DNA of 59,670 bases, filler included, from Globobulimina sp. (Eukaryota): assembly GCA_003354225.1 (NCBI GenBank). It is 12 parts of 12 records of this genome, joined end to end, with 100 filler letters (N's around TTAATTAATTAA, not from the genome) between each part and the next. Parts side by side here need not be neighbours in the genome. Positions count along the whole stretch, not along the records: positions 34,893 to 39,770 come from PIVH01000874.1; positions 39,871 to 44,747 come from PIVH01000875.1; positions 44,848 to 49,723 come from PIVH01000876.1; positions 49,824 to 54,698 come from PIVH01000877.1; 8 more parts are not named here. The stretch is one strand, 5' to 3'. Shown here piece by piece: positions 37,589-50,250 of this stretch (position 1 is the stretch's first letter; every line of letters begins with the position of its first letter). Below the pieces are notes generated by a model. The model ran no database searches and had not been told where the DNA came from. It saw only the letters and a list, made by a program, of their open reading frames with translations. The position numbers and the translations under genes were made by a program.

Positions 37589-38092
37589 TCAGTCAATATC
37601 TTCAATATTGCCATCTTCATTTACCTCAACATCGGCATCTGCATCTTCTGTATCCTTTGTTTCATCATCACTTTCTTGTTTTAAATCATTTTGAATTTTG
37701 TTTAAATCGGATGATAATTGTTTTTCTGTCATTCTTTCCCTTTTTTTCGTTAATTTTGCACTTTTTTCTTGCAATTTATGCAATGTTTCCTGATCATATT
37801 CTTCTTCTTCTTTAACTTCAGCTTTATCCATTTCATTTTGTAATTTTTTTGGAGCCATTTCATTTACAGGTTGTGATTTGTCTTCCTTTACAATTTATAT
37901 TTTTCCATTAAAATCATGTTATTCAAAGTCGGGTATATTAACTTTTGATTTCTTACACAAACAATCTCTAAAAAAAGGCCAAAAAAACATTGTCACCATC
38001 GGATACAATATCACCAAAGCCATCAGGAATGCCATTATAGAACCCACCACCATTGCTGGTATACTTGGTTCTTCTAACACTTTTAGTGTCAT
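37589..38092 (-). CDS. Small single-pass membrane protein with acidic tail (2 exons)
   Basis: TM exon joins the acidic exon through a phase-0 GTTAAT...AAAG intron. Confidence 0.55.
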
Positions 38093-38104
38093 TATGATTT
38101 TAAG

Positions 38105-38605
38105 ATGCACGCTAGTGACAAAGCAAAGTTTTTTTATGTGAACATGAAGCTAATTTGGAGAATATTATTTCAATACATTGAAGTGGCGTTGGTTTTGTAC
38201 GCTGCATTTGACTGTGTTATGAGCACAGAATCATTTCTTTCAACTTACTTATTACCGCAATATAAAAACGATATAAACTTAATGACACATCCTGGACTAA
38301 AATTCATGGCACATCTTTATGCGGTGATGTTATTTGTATTTGGATTGGTAGAATTTGTTATATTTTATGCAGCCAATGTCCGATGCATTGTATATTATTT
38401 AATTATGTTATTAATTGGCGATATATTACACTGTGTTATGATATTACAATTCTTTGGAGGTGATATTAAAAATTATCCACTGATTATATTTGGTCATATT
38501 GTCATAACATTAACATTGTTTGTTGGGCGAGTTATATTTGTGTATAATTATTGGAATAGATTTACCATTGGAATGAATTTGCAGCCTAAAGGCAAAAAAT
38601 ACTGA
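38105..38605 (+). CDS. Four-TM membrane protein of unknown function
   Basis: 166 aa, four hydrophobic helices, LLIGDILH motif, C-terminal KGKKY (ER-retrieval-like). Confidence 0.6.
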   Translation: MHASDKAKFFYVNMKLIWRILFQYIEVALVLYAAFDCVMSTESFLSTYLLPQYKNDINLMTHPGLKFMAHLYAVMLFVFGLVEFVIFYAANVRCIVYYLIMLLIGDILHCVMILQFFGGDIKNYPLIIFGHIVITLTLFVGRVIFVYNYWNRFTIGMNLQPKGKKY

Positions 38606-38748
38606 AAACGTAATGCAATGATTGCTATCCTCGCACTTGATTGAAAAAGATGCAACTTTACCACTGGCAAAGTATTGCAAACACAGCCAAACATGTAATC
38701 GATTATCGATGCTCGAAGTAAACAAAACTGGTTTCATTCCTTTCAGTT

Positions 38749-39770
38749 TCAGTGGTTTACAGCATTTGATTTAACGAATTTGTGTAAAACATCCGTTATT
38801 TTTTGTATATCACTCTTTAATTTATCAATTTTTTCATCATAAACATAAAATTGCCGATTCATTCTCATTTGTAAATTATGTATTTCTTGTGTACATATTT
38901 GTAATTGCTTACTACCAACAGTTTGTTGTACTGTTTCATTATCTCTATCTTGCATAATATATCTATCCCATTCTCGCGATGCATCCTCAATCTCATTATC
39001 ATCATAGTCATATTCTTTAACAATACGTATTTGTACATTCAAATCCAATGTGTCAAATGTTTGAAATTCTTCAAATGTTGCAATACAACAACAATCCATT
39101 GATTTATCATAGTCAAAATCCGATTTGTTATTAATATTAATATTATTAACCGTATCATTAACTGACCACTCCACATCAATAGCACTTACTTGCTGAGGTA
39201 ATGCACATAGAACCAGATATACTTTACAATCTGCATCAGAACGGACAGAACCTTCTGAATCATTATTGGGGCATAAGCTAACTGCCCACATTGAATTATA
39301 TATTTTTGATGTTATTATCTTTCCAATTGATGCACTTTTAAGCTTTTCAATTATTTCATGATTTAATGACCATTCAAACGATTGATTATAATCGTATTTG
39401 AGTCTAAAATTATAATAAATCTCTTTATTTCTTTTCAATTTAATTTGAATAATTTGTATTTTAATAATTATAGTTAAATGATTAAAAACACTCGTTTTTA
39501 TTTCATTAAATGATAATGTGCCAGCTCTCCAACCTTTTGATGTACCATTTTCATAAATGTCTATAGCAGTTTGTGATGAATTAAACTGTGGGCATTGTAT
39601 GGTGCGTATAATTGTAATGTGTTGCCATGACGGAGGCATTGAATGTGCTGTAACAAATATACCAAATGAACCAATTGTATTTCTATTCCAACCATTTGGT
39701 AATAATATACATTTCCATGATAGTTTTGCGATTTTAAACACATCCGAGTATAATTTGTAACCACGTCGAC
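38749..39770 (-). CDS. MATH/TRAF-like domain protein with C-terminal coiled coil, 5'-truncated
   Basis: FEWSL...SKIYNSMWAVSLCPN...KVYLVL pattern, with an earlier partial copy (WKCILLPNG...FGIFV). Confidence 0.6.
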
Positions 39771-39905
39771 NNNNNNNNNNNNNNNNNNNNNNNNNNNNNN
39801 NNNNNNNNNNNNNNTTAATTAATTAANNNNNNNNNNNNNNNNNNNNNNNNNNNNNNNNNNNNNNNNNNNNTTTTCTTCTGAAAAAATAATTTCATGCAAA
39901 TAATT

Positions 39906-40697
39906 TCACTTAGGTAATGTGGGAAGTACACGTACAGTGTGATTGTAGGCGGGGGACTGTGATTGGGACGGAGATGGACCATATTCACTCATACCCTGCT
40001 CCTCTTCTTTATATTGTGTGGTTTTTTTAAATATTTGGTGGTATCCGCCTGCTTTCTTTGCATTACAATCATTAATTAAACATTTTCTTGTATGGTATGT
40101 ATCTGTTTGTTTACTTTGTTTTGTACATTGAATGGATTGTTGTATCCCAAAATGTTTCCTTTCGAAATTATCTAATTCGGTTATGCTCGTTTCATCGCTC
40201 ATTTCCATTTCAAATTCTTCTTTGTCGTTCTTGGTTTCATACAATTCAATCTCTGCCTTTTGCTCACATACAATTTTGTTTATATTATTATCATTTATCA
40301 ATTTCTTTTTTCCTTTTTTTTTCCGAATCTTACTTTTTTTATTTGTTGCTGGTGATTGTGATGGCAACTGATGACAAACAGGAACAATGTATGCAGACAA
40401 TTCATCATTATTTTTGGGAATGTTTTCTATTTTTGTTGGTTGCACTCGAATTGGTTTGTTATTCCCGTAGTAATTATTTCTGTTTCTATTTTTATTTTTC
40501 CGTACTGCGTATAAATGTTTATTTCTTTGTTTTTTTCTTTTATCCAATGCATTCATTCTACGATTTATTTCTTCATTTTCTAATCTCTTTTGTTTTGCTA
40601 GAAATCGTTTTCTTCGTTTTTTTGTTTCACGATGAAGAGTGCGAAGGCGTTCATCATCTCGAAGCATTTGGGAAGCAGTTGGAGCAAACATTGCCAT
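39906..40697 (-). CDS. Basic low-complexity hypothetical protein
   Basis: 263-aa Lys/Arg-rich ORF; the overlapping + ORF is a Phe-rich shadow. Confidence 0.55.
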   Translation of the reverse strand: MAMFAPTASQMLRDDERLRTLHRETKKRRKRFLAKQKRLENEEINRRMNALDKRKKQRNKHLYAVRKNKNRNRNNYYGNNKPIRVQPTKIENIPKNNDELSAYIVPVCHQLPSQSPATNKKSKIRKKKGKKKLINDNNINKIVCEQKAEIELYETKNDKEEFEMEMSDETSITELDNFERKHFGIQQSIQCTKQSKQTDTYHTRKCLINDCNAKKAGGYHQIFKKTTQYKEEEQGMSEYGPSPSQSQSPAYNHTVRVLPTLPK

Positions 40698-40864
40698 AGA
40701 AAGCTGATACTAAAAAAATTTCACCAGTTAAAAACAGTCAAAGTCCTAACCACCGGATTCGTTTTATAAATTATTCCGTTTTCCCATTCACATAAATTAA
40801 TACTTAAAAAACAAAAGACATGATAAAAAAACAAAAATAACGATGAAAAGCCATGAAAACTGCT

Positions 40865-42999
40865 TTATAATTCTATAGGTATTGTCATAGGTTTGTCCAA
40901 AATTGCCGGACTTTGTTGTTTTTGCAACTGCATTCCAAGACAAATACCAATAACTAAACATATCAACGCAAAAATTGCAACACCACCCACAAAAAATGAA
41001 ATATCCTTCGCATTAAAACCGTCTGATATCAACTGATAATTCTCTACACCTATAACATGCTCCATATTTGCAGCCCTCCCTTTACCTCCGCCGCCTCCGC
41101 CTCCTCCTTTATCTCCGCCACCTCCACCTCCACCTCCACCGGATGAAGAAGCCACACATGTATCAGCTGGTGGTGCGGGTCTATCACTACCGATCGGCGA
41201 ACAACTATCCGCGCCACAACACCCTCCATATGCCATTACCAAATCATGTAAGTCAGTCAGTAATTCATCAGTCAAATAAAGTAAATCTCCAGCAAGATAA
41301 CTATTTGTTTGCTGAAATGGATCTTTATCCAAATCATAAAATTCAAAAAATATAGGATTCTCCACATCCCATTCTTCATTCAGAAATTCACCATAAAACC
41401 AGTTGACGGACTCATTTTTAATGCGTAACACCCGCCAATTATTATATGCATTATCCAATATCCATAGATCAGGTATCCCGTTTGCTGTTTGTCCAAATGG
41501 ATGCTCGGAATCAATTACCTTTACCCACATAGCGCAACTATTAAAACCTGCACTTTTTGTGCCACCTTTAATTGTATGATATTCAAACATTATGGTTTGC
41601 CTCCATTCTGCAGCACTGCCGTCCAATATTGGTGTGAATGAACGGCCATCATAACTGTCTTCATCATATGCGATATCTGCTAAACGTAAAAATGTTGGTA
41701 AAAAATCTATATTTTGTATCATCGCTTCGGTTGTGCCCTGTTGTATATTGCCACCGCGAACATACAATGGGATCCGTACTGTTTCTTCATATGGCTGATA
41801 TTTTTCGCACGGCAGACGATACTGTCCGATGTGATATCTTATTCAAAAAAAAAGAATTAATATTGATGGTGTACAACATTTGAAATGCATTGCATAGTGC
41901 AAACCCGTGATCACTGGCATAAACCAAATAAGTATTAGACCACATATTATACGCATCGACAGCCTCAACAATAGAGAGTACCATGTCATCGACAGCTAAT
42001 AATGAGCGTAATCTATCTCTATATAACAATAACATAAACTCTTCTGCTTCTGGATTAAGTTTGGGATTCTCAGACAACGGTAAATGATATTGTGAGACAT
42101 CGTCACTATCATAGTTTGGTGTACGTAGCAATTCAACAGAATCAAATCTGTCTTGATGCCCTGTTTATTATTGTTTAAATTATTGAAAGCAAATGAAAGC
42201 ATATATTATTAAAATCATACACGGTGCGGGATCCGCAGGCGAGTGTGGCGCATACGGCGCCACCCAGATAATAAATGGCGGTGTGCTTGGATCGGTTTGT
42301 TGTGCGTTGAGTTGTTGATTGATAAAGTCAAGTGTAGCGTTGCCTAATTGTGCTGTTTGGTAAAAATCAGCAGCATTCAATAACGTTGGCACTTCTTCTT
42401 CTCCTGTAACGTCCTCAACATATTTATTGAAATTGGAGGATGTAAAAAAATCACGATAGTTGCATGAAACATGAAGTCGATCAAATGAACTTAGATCAGG
42501 AGCAGCCGTGCAGAAATCCATATTGTTTGTTAATTTCCCTGTGTTGTTTTGGTTGTATACAGAGTTAATTTGCAATTGGCAGAAACAAATTGGTTTACTT
42601 ATATAAGATATTACCAAATGATCCGGTGATGTAGCCATTGTCATGGAATTTATTGAATAGTGAATCTTCATTTTCGTAGATGTTGTAAGATGCAGAGACA
42701 CCTTGACAGTCCGTTTTGTCTTGTTTCGCATTGTGATATGTCCTTCCGGATACAGTTTCGGTTCGCGATGGACAACAAACGGGGGTATTGGCGAATGCAT
42801 TGGTGAATGTTAAACCTTTATTGGCGACCTCAGATATTACATTGGGCATTGCTTCCATGCTATCTAAGGTGAGATCTTGATCATCTGTTAAAACAAATAT
42901 AATATTTGGCGCTGCGGTTGCATGGTGCATCAACCACTTGGAAAGTAACACTGCGTGCAATATAGCACTACAAGACATGATGCTGAGAATTAAGCGCAC
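40865..42999 (-). CDS. Sulfatase (N-acetylglucosamine-6-sulfatase-like), multi-exon, with C-terminal TM anchor
   Basis: PNIIFVLTDDQD, CCPSR (FGly motif), APYAPH, RLRSLLAVDD, YASDHG, NIDFLPT, EFYDLDKDPFQ. Confidence 0.92.
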
Positions 43000-43032
43000 A
43001 GCGGGGTGGAAAACAGAATTAATATTTAAGTT

Positions 43033-44292
43033 TTAGTTATCGATTAACGTTCTTGCTAAATATAGCAAAGCTGCCAATTGTTCTTCACCAGCAGGTACTA
43101 TGGGCGGTTGCCCAGAACCAATGGACCTCCCTTCAAACGTAAATGCTATGACTTGTTGATTACTCACAGCACAAACATAATCTTCCATAGCTCCTGACGC
43201 TTCGTACCATGTTCCTGATTGAATTGATTCATAATTCTGACCATGAACAGCATCCGCCTCAACTTGCATATTTGCTCCCAACTCGCTATATTGATTATAA
43301 TAGGGCTGCGGCAATGTATTGATTGTATAACCCCATGGCCACAAAATATATGGACCGGTGGTATGCATATCCACTGCAGCTTTAATATTATGCACAGGGT
43401 CAAAAATAAACTGCGAAACCGCAGCAGTTTCAGGTTCACTAAACGGTGCAGTACCGCAGTAATTATTGCTTGAAGGGTTGTGTGAGGTTCCTGTTGTGCC
43501 CCATATTCCGTCTGGGCCATAATTTCTATTTAAGTCTACACCAAATGAGCCGTCCCCATTATCCCTTCTATTTTTTCTCCAATTTCTCTCTGAAGTTCCA
43601 ATCCATGTAAAAATATAGCCATCAATGTTCACAGTTGGCACTATGAATATATTTATGTTATCCAATAAATACGTTATCGCATCATCGTTGTCAGAATATC
43701 CTTCACATATCGCATTTAATATAAATGTGGTGGCGGCATTTGCTAACCATTCATTGCTATGAACCGATGCTTGAATATAAAAACCAGGCTTATTTGAGTC
43801 GAATTCTTCATCGACAGAGAGCGTAATAATTGGAATATCTCTGTCTTGAATGGTTTGTCCCAAAATACGTTTTGATGTAATATTTGGGAATCGAACTAAT
43901 AATAAATCTAGAAATAATTCATATTCCCACCATGGCCTAAATTCATCAAAAAAAATATTCATTTGACTTTCAACCGGCTTCCATTTTGGTGTATTATTGA
44001 TCCGATCTCTTTCTTTGCGTATAACTGCATCATAGTCAGGTATTATTATCTCAAATGACAAGATTTTTGTCTCGTTTTGAATGTCAATTAATCTCTTTTC
44101 ATCAATTACTATCTCAATTGTTATTACAGTGTTTTTTGTTTTGTTGCGTACGCCAAATAACTCTTCTTCTAAAAATATTGAAGATACATGTTCTTGATGT
44201 ATTGTCACTAATGCGCCTACTTGTAATCCTTCAACTAATGTAGAAGCTAAAATGGATGCAATAAGTGTTAAAATCAAAAAATACGCCATCAA
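43033..44292 (-). CDS. Secreted M14 zinc carboxypeptidase with prodomain
   Basis: HSNEW (HxxE), WRKNR, GVDLNRNY, FSEPET, DMHT, FTFEGR. Confidence 0.93.
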   Translation of the reverse strand: MMAYFLILTLIASILASTLVEGLQVGALVTIHQEHVSSIFLEEELFGVRNKTKNTVITIEIVIDEKRLIDIQNETKILSFEIIIPDYDAVIRKERDRINNTPKWKPVESQMNIFFDEFRPWWEYELFLDLLLVRFPNITSKRILGQTIQDRDIPIITLSVDEEFDSNKPGFYIQASVHSNEWLANAATTFILNAICEGYSDNDDAITYLLDNINIFIVPTVNIDGYIFTWIGTSERNWRKNRRDNGDGSFGVDLNRNYGPDGIWGTTGTSHNPSSNNYCGTAPFSEPETAAVSQFIFDPVHNIKAAVDMHTTGPYILWPWGYTINTLPQPYYNQYSELGANMQVEADAVHGQNYESIQSGTWYEASGAMEDYVCAVSNQQVIAFTFEGRSIGSGQPPIVPAGEEQLAALLYLARTLIDN

Positions 44293-44847
44293 CGTTCTTA
44301 TTGTCTGGCCGGACTGAACTGCAGAATACTACACAAGTTTTCGTACTATCAATAATAAATCCAACCAAACGCAAGACCGTCAATAATAAATTCGTACTAT
44401 CAATAATAAAATGTATACAACTTATTGACCAGGGGGGGGGGGTTATCTTTTGGAATATCTTCAAAACTTTAAGAAATAAGAACCACTCAAAAAAAGAAAG
44501 AAAGAAATAATTACATAATAGTAAAAAAGAAAGAAAGAAAAAAAGTATATATATATTATAAAATGTATTAGTAAACAAAAATTATAATGATAATGCATGA
44601 CTTTGTGTTTTAACATTCCATCCCCAGAGAAATTTTGCAACTGCTTCTAATGTTTGTGTTGCATTCATGTTGTTGTTATGGATCAGACTCAAAATATCTG
44701 TTACAGCTTTAGAAAAGTTCCAATTTACCCAATCTAACAACCTATTTNNNNNNNNNNNNNNNNNNNNNNNNNNNNNNNNNNNNNNNNNNNNTTAATTAAT
44801 TAANNNNNNNNNNNNNNNNNNNNNNNNNNNNNNNNNNNNNNNNNNNN

Positions 44848-45325
44848 TGCGCGACTGCGAATGGGGGATATTGACGCCGTATACCTTGCACTTCTCGATA
44901 TTGCACGGGTTCGTCACCTAAATAATCATCCAATTCTACCGTTTTGTAGGCTGCTGTGCCGGCCTATGGATGAGTGGGTTGTTTGTTTTTGGCTGTTTAG
45001 TTTGTGGGTATTTGGAGTGGCGGATAGAGGTAACTTCGTCTTGCGAGGTTTCAGAACCGAGCCAAAAGAACACATCGTAGGATTTCTTGCCTTCGTCGTT
45101 TACTTTGGTATGCAACAAAATGTAGGAGTCGCCGCCATAAAACTCACCATATCGGTCTTTGGGCCAATGCTTGACTTTGAATTTTTCAATTCGCCAGATT
45201 TGAACACCGACATTTTGGCCAATGTTATTCCAGGCTGGTTCTTTCATTGCCGCGTCTTTTCTCATTTCTTTATGTTCCGCTGACCCGTAATTGGCCATGT
45301 TGCTATCTTCTAATTTTACTGCCAT
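44848..45325 (-). CDS. Gelsolin/severin/fragmin family actin-binding protein, 3'-truncated
   Basis: EPAW, IWRIEKFKV, YGEFYGGDSYILL, FFWLGSETSQDE; after an intron, YGTAAYK-like sequence. Confidence 0.92.
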
Positions 45326-46231
45326 TTTCTTGTGGCGTTGGTGATAAGTGTTGTTGGTTTATGTTTTGCTATGTTTGGGGAGTTTAATAAATGAAGAAAA
45401 GTTGAAGTAAGACGTTTTTCTGTTTTGCAAAAACTTTTTCATTACAATACTTTCAATATTCACTTTAATTGGCTTTAATGTATTCATCAATGCCATCGCA
45501 TTCATTCTTTATTGGATATGCTTGATCGTCAACAGCCACCGCAACAATGATTAGTATTATATAATTTATTATTATGTAAGTTATTGTTTCCTTATCAGGA
45601 CACGTTTATTAATAATGGACAAGGATGTAAATAGTGAAAAGCTGAGAATTTTAGTATTATGAATACAAGTTTTGAATGAGTTACGTACAGAAAGATTAGA
45701 AATAGAAAGTTAATATATATTGTACATTTTCATTTTGTTTTTATTTTCTGATTAAGTATATGTTTGTTTTGTTTTTCTTTGGAGTGTGTGGACTGTGGAT
45801 ATGGATCAACTTAAGATTGTTGAACATCATATAATTGCTTTTGGAATTTATCAACGTGAAACGTACGGATGTATGCAATTGTTGATCTGCACACAAATTT
45901 GTTTACAAATTATTTATTTAAAAAAAAACTTGGTTTATTGATATTTTATGACACTCAGTGCGAAATTTTATGCACTCAGTTTCTGGTAAACAATAATAAT
46001 CTGACGTTGAAAATCGGATGTCTTAAATTTTTACTTTCAAAGAGCAATGGATCTACACGATGTACGTTATTTTATCAATTCTGCGAAGTGCAAACAAATT
46101 ACCAACTTTAGAATACATACTAATATTAGAATTTACATGCATGGTCAAGTCCTTTCAATATAATATTACTAAAAACATATCCTTTTGATCACAAGATGTA
46201 TAATCATATACACAAAAAAAAAAATTAAATG

Positions 46232-47714
46232 TCATTGGAGAACCTCTGTAATGACGCCAACCGCCACAGTATAGCCGCCCTCCCGCATAGCAAAGCGAAG
46301 TTGCGGCCACACCACACCGGGCACTTCTAGCTCGACATGAATCTCGCAGTTATCACCCGGTGTAATAATGTCGCGATCATTCGGTATCGTAATAGCACCC
46401 GTAATATTACTCGTTTTCATATAAAATTGTGGTTTATATCCTTCTTTGATTGGTTTCTTTCTTCCGCCTTCGGGCTCAGTCAAAAAATAACATTGCGCCT
46501 TAAAATTCGTATTTGTTTTGTGTGAATTTGGATGGACCACACACTGTCCTCTACGGATTAGTCTCTTCTCCACTTTTATACATAAACCCAAATTGTCGCC
46601 GGGCTGCCCCTCTTTCACTGACTTTTGGAACATTTCAACACCGGCAATCACTGCTTTTTGTGCTTTATCGCGATAACCAATGATCTCGCATGGATCGCCG
46701 ACCTTTATTTTGCCCTTTTCGACGCGGCCAGTCACCACAGTACCAATCCCCTTCAACGAGTACACACTTTCAATGGGTAGCATAAAGGGTTCGTCCGCTG
46801 CCCTTTCTGGCACAATCTGCTCATCCAAACACTCTGCTAACTTCATTATGGAATCGCGGCCCAACGCATCATTCTTGTTTTCCAATGCACACAAAGCCGA
46901 TCCCCGAATAAACGGTATATTCTCACCTTGTTTATATTAAAAGTCATATTTCACTTTGAAACTGCAACTATCATAGAAATTGATGGAAATTTATTGTTTG
47001 GTCAGTGAAATTTCCATAAATTTCACACAAACTAAACTGTCAAACTCATATTGGTCCAATAATTCTTTGATTTCCATCTCGACCAATTCCAAGATCTCGC
47101 TCTCCGATTCCTGGTCACATTTATTAATATACACAATTAAATTGGGAATACCAATCTGTTTCGCTAATAATATATGTTCGGTGGTTTGCGGAGCTACGCC
47201 ATCGGTGGCGGCCACCACTAATATCGCAGTCTCTAACTGTGCTGCGCCGGTAATCATATTTTTGACATAATCGCGATGTCCGGGACAGTCCGTATGTGAG
47301 TAATGCCGCCCGCTGGTCTCATATTCGATAGTCGCGGAATTGATGGTGATGCCACGCGATTTCTCCTCAGGTGCGCGATCTATACGGTCATAGGAGATAT
47401 ATTCCGCATTCTCGCCACGTTCGTGTAATACTTTGGTTATGGCCGCGGATAAAGTCGTCTTGCCATGGTCCACATGTCCAATGGTGCCCACATTGCAATG
47501 CTCTTTGGTGCGTTCAAACACTTTGCTGGCAAACGATTGGCGCGATAAATATTGAAAATTTATGTGGTTGGATATGTGAGGGGATGCGATGAGCCGTCTG
47601 CAGAATGAAGGGAGCTTATTGCATGCTGAGTATGTGTGTTTATATGGTTTTTGGTGTTGCTCGGAATAATATTGCCATAGAACTCAACGCAATCACGTTT
47701 TACACATAACACAT
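46232..47714 (-). CDS. TUFM: Mitochondrial elongation factor Tu (predicted introns 47626-47710 and 46927-47037)
   Basis: [56 protein letters not shown]; Arg/Ser-rich presequence. Confidence 0.95.
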
Positions 47715-47835
47715 GGTTTTTATTGAGAGAGTGTCTGTTAAATTGACTCAATTGGTATACACGTTAGACGTTGATTGGAGTTGATCAGAGTTTGAGTAAT
47801 AGTAAAAGTTTTTTGGTCAAAAAGTTTGTATCAAA

Positions 47836-48486
47836 TTAGTGAGTGTTAATTTGTGTCAAAAGTTCAAATTTTGATCCTTTGCAATAGCTGACACCAACAG
47901 CTAATCGGTATCCTGTTTGTTGGATATTTTTAAAAGTAACCCCACAATCTGCTCCATTTACAATGAACCGCAATGTTTTTCTATTTAAATCCAAGATAAT
48001 TTCAACAATGTCCCCTGGGTTTTGCCAAGTTTTATAACAATCCACGGAATGCGCATTCGAATTGAAATCCATACACAAAAGTCTGGCGGTTCCACCACAA
48101 AACATATAGCCAATGTCTTCCCAGTCACTGAGATCTTTGTATTTAAATAAATTATTATCAATATCCGCAACAATACCGACATACGGAGGTGATATTCTCA
48201 TACCGCTATAAATTGCTTTTAATATTTGCACTTTCCATTCGAATATACCTTTATTTATTATTCTGCTTCCAAAAGCTGTTGGCGATTTATCACTAATCAT
48301 TGTAATTATATTTCCTGTAATCTTTATTTGTTTACTACACTGTTTTGCATCCCAAATATCATCGATCTTTTCATATTCACACATAATGTCAATAATTTCA
48401 TGAGGAACACGGATTGATTTGGAAATTGTTTCAATTTGTCGTATGTATCCAACAATCAACAATTTATAGCGATCGTAGTGGTCCAT
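47836..48486 (-). CDS. SPRY/B30.2-like domain protein with N-terminal 'LLIVGYIR...PHEII' motif
   Basis: GDIVEIILDLNRKTLRFIVNG...GVTF...YRLAV is a SPRY C-terminal pattern. Confidence 0.75.
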   Translation of the reverse strand: MDHYDRYKLLIVGYIRQIETISKSIRVPHEIIDIMCEYEKIDDIWDAKQCSKQIKITGNIITMISDKSPTAFGSRIINKGIFEWKVQILKAIYSGMRISPPYVGIVADIDNNLFKYKDLSDWEDIGYMFCGGTARLLCMDFNSNAHSVDCYKTWQNPGDIVEIILDLNRKTLRFIVNGADCGVTFKNIQQTGYRLAVGVSYCKGSKFELLTQINTH

Positions 48487-48529
48487 GAATTATTTTGATG
48501 ATTATATAAATGTACGATTCGAAAAAACA

Positions 48530-49415
48530 ATGTTTACTCCACAACTCTGCATGGCAGTGGCAGTGTTGATGACATACGTACACATCTCATTTGCACTCAA
48601 TGATCCTGTTAAGTATCGTATATATCGCTACATTGCAAATCAGAAATACCAATATAAAAAATACACTGTAGACGTTATCAAATTACTTCATTGGTGAATT
48701 TGACACATTAAAACAAGTAATTTCAGTGCCGTATCCACCAGGAATTTGCGTGAAAGAAGGACTAGGCGGCGTATACGTTGAATTTGAATGCAGCTCAGAT
48801 TATAACGCAGTAACCAAAAAAACATATACTTCTGCCAATGATGATTGTAGTGGTTCGCCAACGAATACAAAGACCTATACACTTGACTTAAACTCAGCTC
48901 AGGGCGACTTATATGATTTTAATTGTGCAGGAAAAGAAAATGCCATGGCATATGTTTCACATCTCGGCAGTTGTGGCAACATCATTGGTGTTACTTGGCT
49001 TGCTACGGACATTTGTTATAAATATAATAATTTATCAAACATTACTGGCAATTTAGGGAACTATCCGGATGCTCCATCGCATGAATATTATCAACTCAGT
49101 CAACGAAATACTTGTCAAGGATGTAACGTCACTATGGAGACATATGTAGGGGATCAATGTCAAAATGCTGATGTCCCACTAAGTAGATTTGAAGCAGACC
49201 CGGGATGTGGACTGTATTTCAGACAAGCAGGGTTTGAGGTGTTTGCAGATGCAATCGCGTGTATTCATGATGGAGAGGATGCATTTACAGTCAATGGGAC
49301 ATGCGATTATCAACCAGCTTATACAACATCTGAGGAAGGCGATGATGCAATAAAAGTGAATTATATGCCTGTGATAGTTATATCATTGATAATTTTGCTA
49401 CTCACAAATTGTTAA
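48530..49415 (+). CDS. Cys-rich cell-surface protein, probably GPI-anchored (2 or more exons)
   Basis: Signal peptide exon MFTPQLCMAVAVL; many Cys; hydrophobic C-terminus with no cytoplasmic tail. Confidence 0.6.
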
Positions 49416-49823
49416 ATTAATGTGTGTTTTTTGTTGGATACTTTAATATTGCCTTTGAAATACCTGTTCAGAAGAAACGAAGGCGTACTGTTTACTTAAG
49501 TGGTCTATAGTTTAATCATCGTTTTTAGAAACACGCGTTAACGTCATTTCAAAAAAGCAACACTGTTACACATGGATGTCGGTTCCAGTTGGTGGCTTCA
49601 AGCGTTGTTCTTTGTGGCAATCAACAGTGGTACTTATGGTTTGATGCAGTTTTGGCGACATTTCCCATTTTCGTCAATAATTGTGTTTACAATCATTACT
49701 TTAGTTGAATTACCATTTGTAATNNNNNNNNNNNNNNNNNNNNNNNNNNNNNNNNNNNNNNNNNNNNTTAATTAATTAANNNNNNNNNNNNNNNNNNNNN
49801 NNNNNNNNNNNNNNNNNNNNNNN

Positions 49824-50182
49824 TTTGCAATGGAATTTGGAGAACCTGTGGCTGGATTTGATTGCTTACAAATGAGAGTTGTGATGAATCCACGCTGGAA
49901 CCGACAATATGGCTCAGGCCATACAAATTGGAAAGGTGCATTGGAAGATGGTAAACCAAGAGGTGGTGAACCATATTTTTGTCCAGTAGCTTGGAAAAAA
50001 TTTGCTGTACAATTTAATGAAAATGCGTATGATTTTAAGAATGTTTATGATCAATGGCCCATTGCATATCATGGCACAAAATTTAATTTTTCTATGATGA
50101 TTACGCTAAGCGGATTAAAAGCATTTGATGGGTGCCATGGTACTGGTGTTTATTTATCACCGTCTATTAAATACGTAGCTCA
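49824..50182 (+). pseudogene. NEURL4-type ADP-ribosyltransferase-like domain, cut at the transposon left end
   Basis: RGGEPYFCPVAWKKF...WPIAYHGT...GTGVYLSPSIKY; the sequence runs directly into the TIR. Confidence 0.7.
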
Positions 50183-50250
50183 TCACCCGACCATGTTTGT
50201 CTTTGCTTTAAGAAACGTTTATTGAATCTGGTTATTCGCATTGTCATATC

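Noticed and set aside
40865-44292. Sulfatase and carboxypeptidase as a horizontally acquired bacterial operon
   Set aside because: The sulfatase has several spliceosomal introns, both have host-like composition, and tight spacing is general in these contigs.
44340-44445. 20-bp direct repeat (TTCGTACTATCAATAATAAA x2) and a G11 run upstream of the carboxypeptidase
   Set aside because: Too short and AT-rich to assign; no matching terminus or second copy in the window.
47620-47680. Apparent +1 frameshift (ATA-TAA-A) in the EF-Tu presequence, suggesting Euplotes-like recoding
   Set aside because: An 85-nt GTTATG...CTCAG intron after ATG-T at 47714 restores the frame without recoding.
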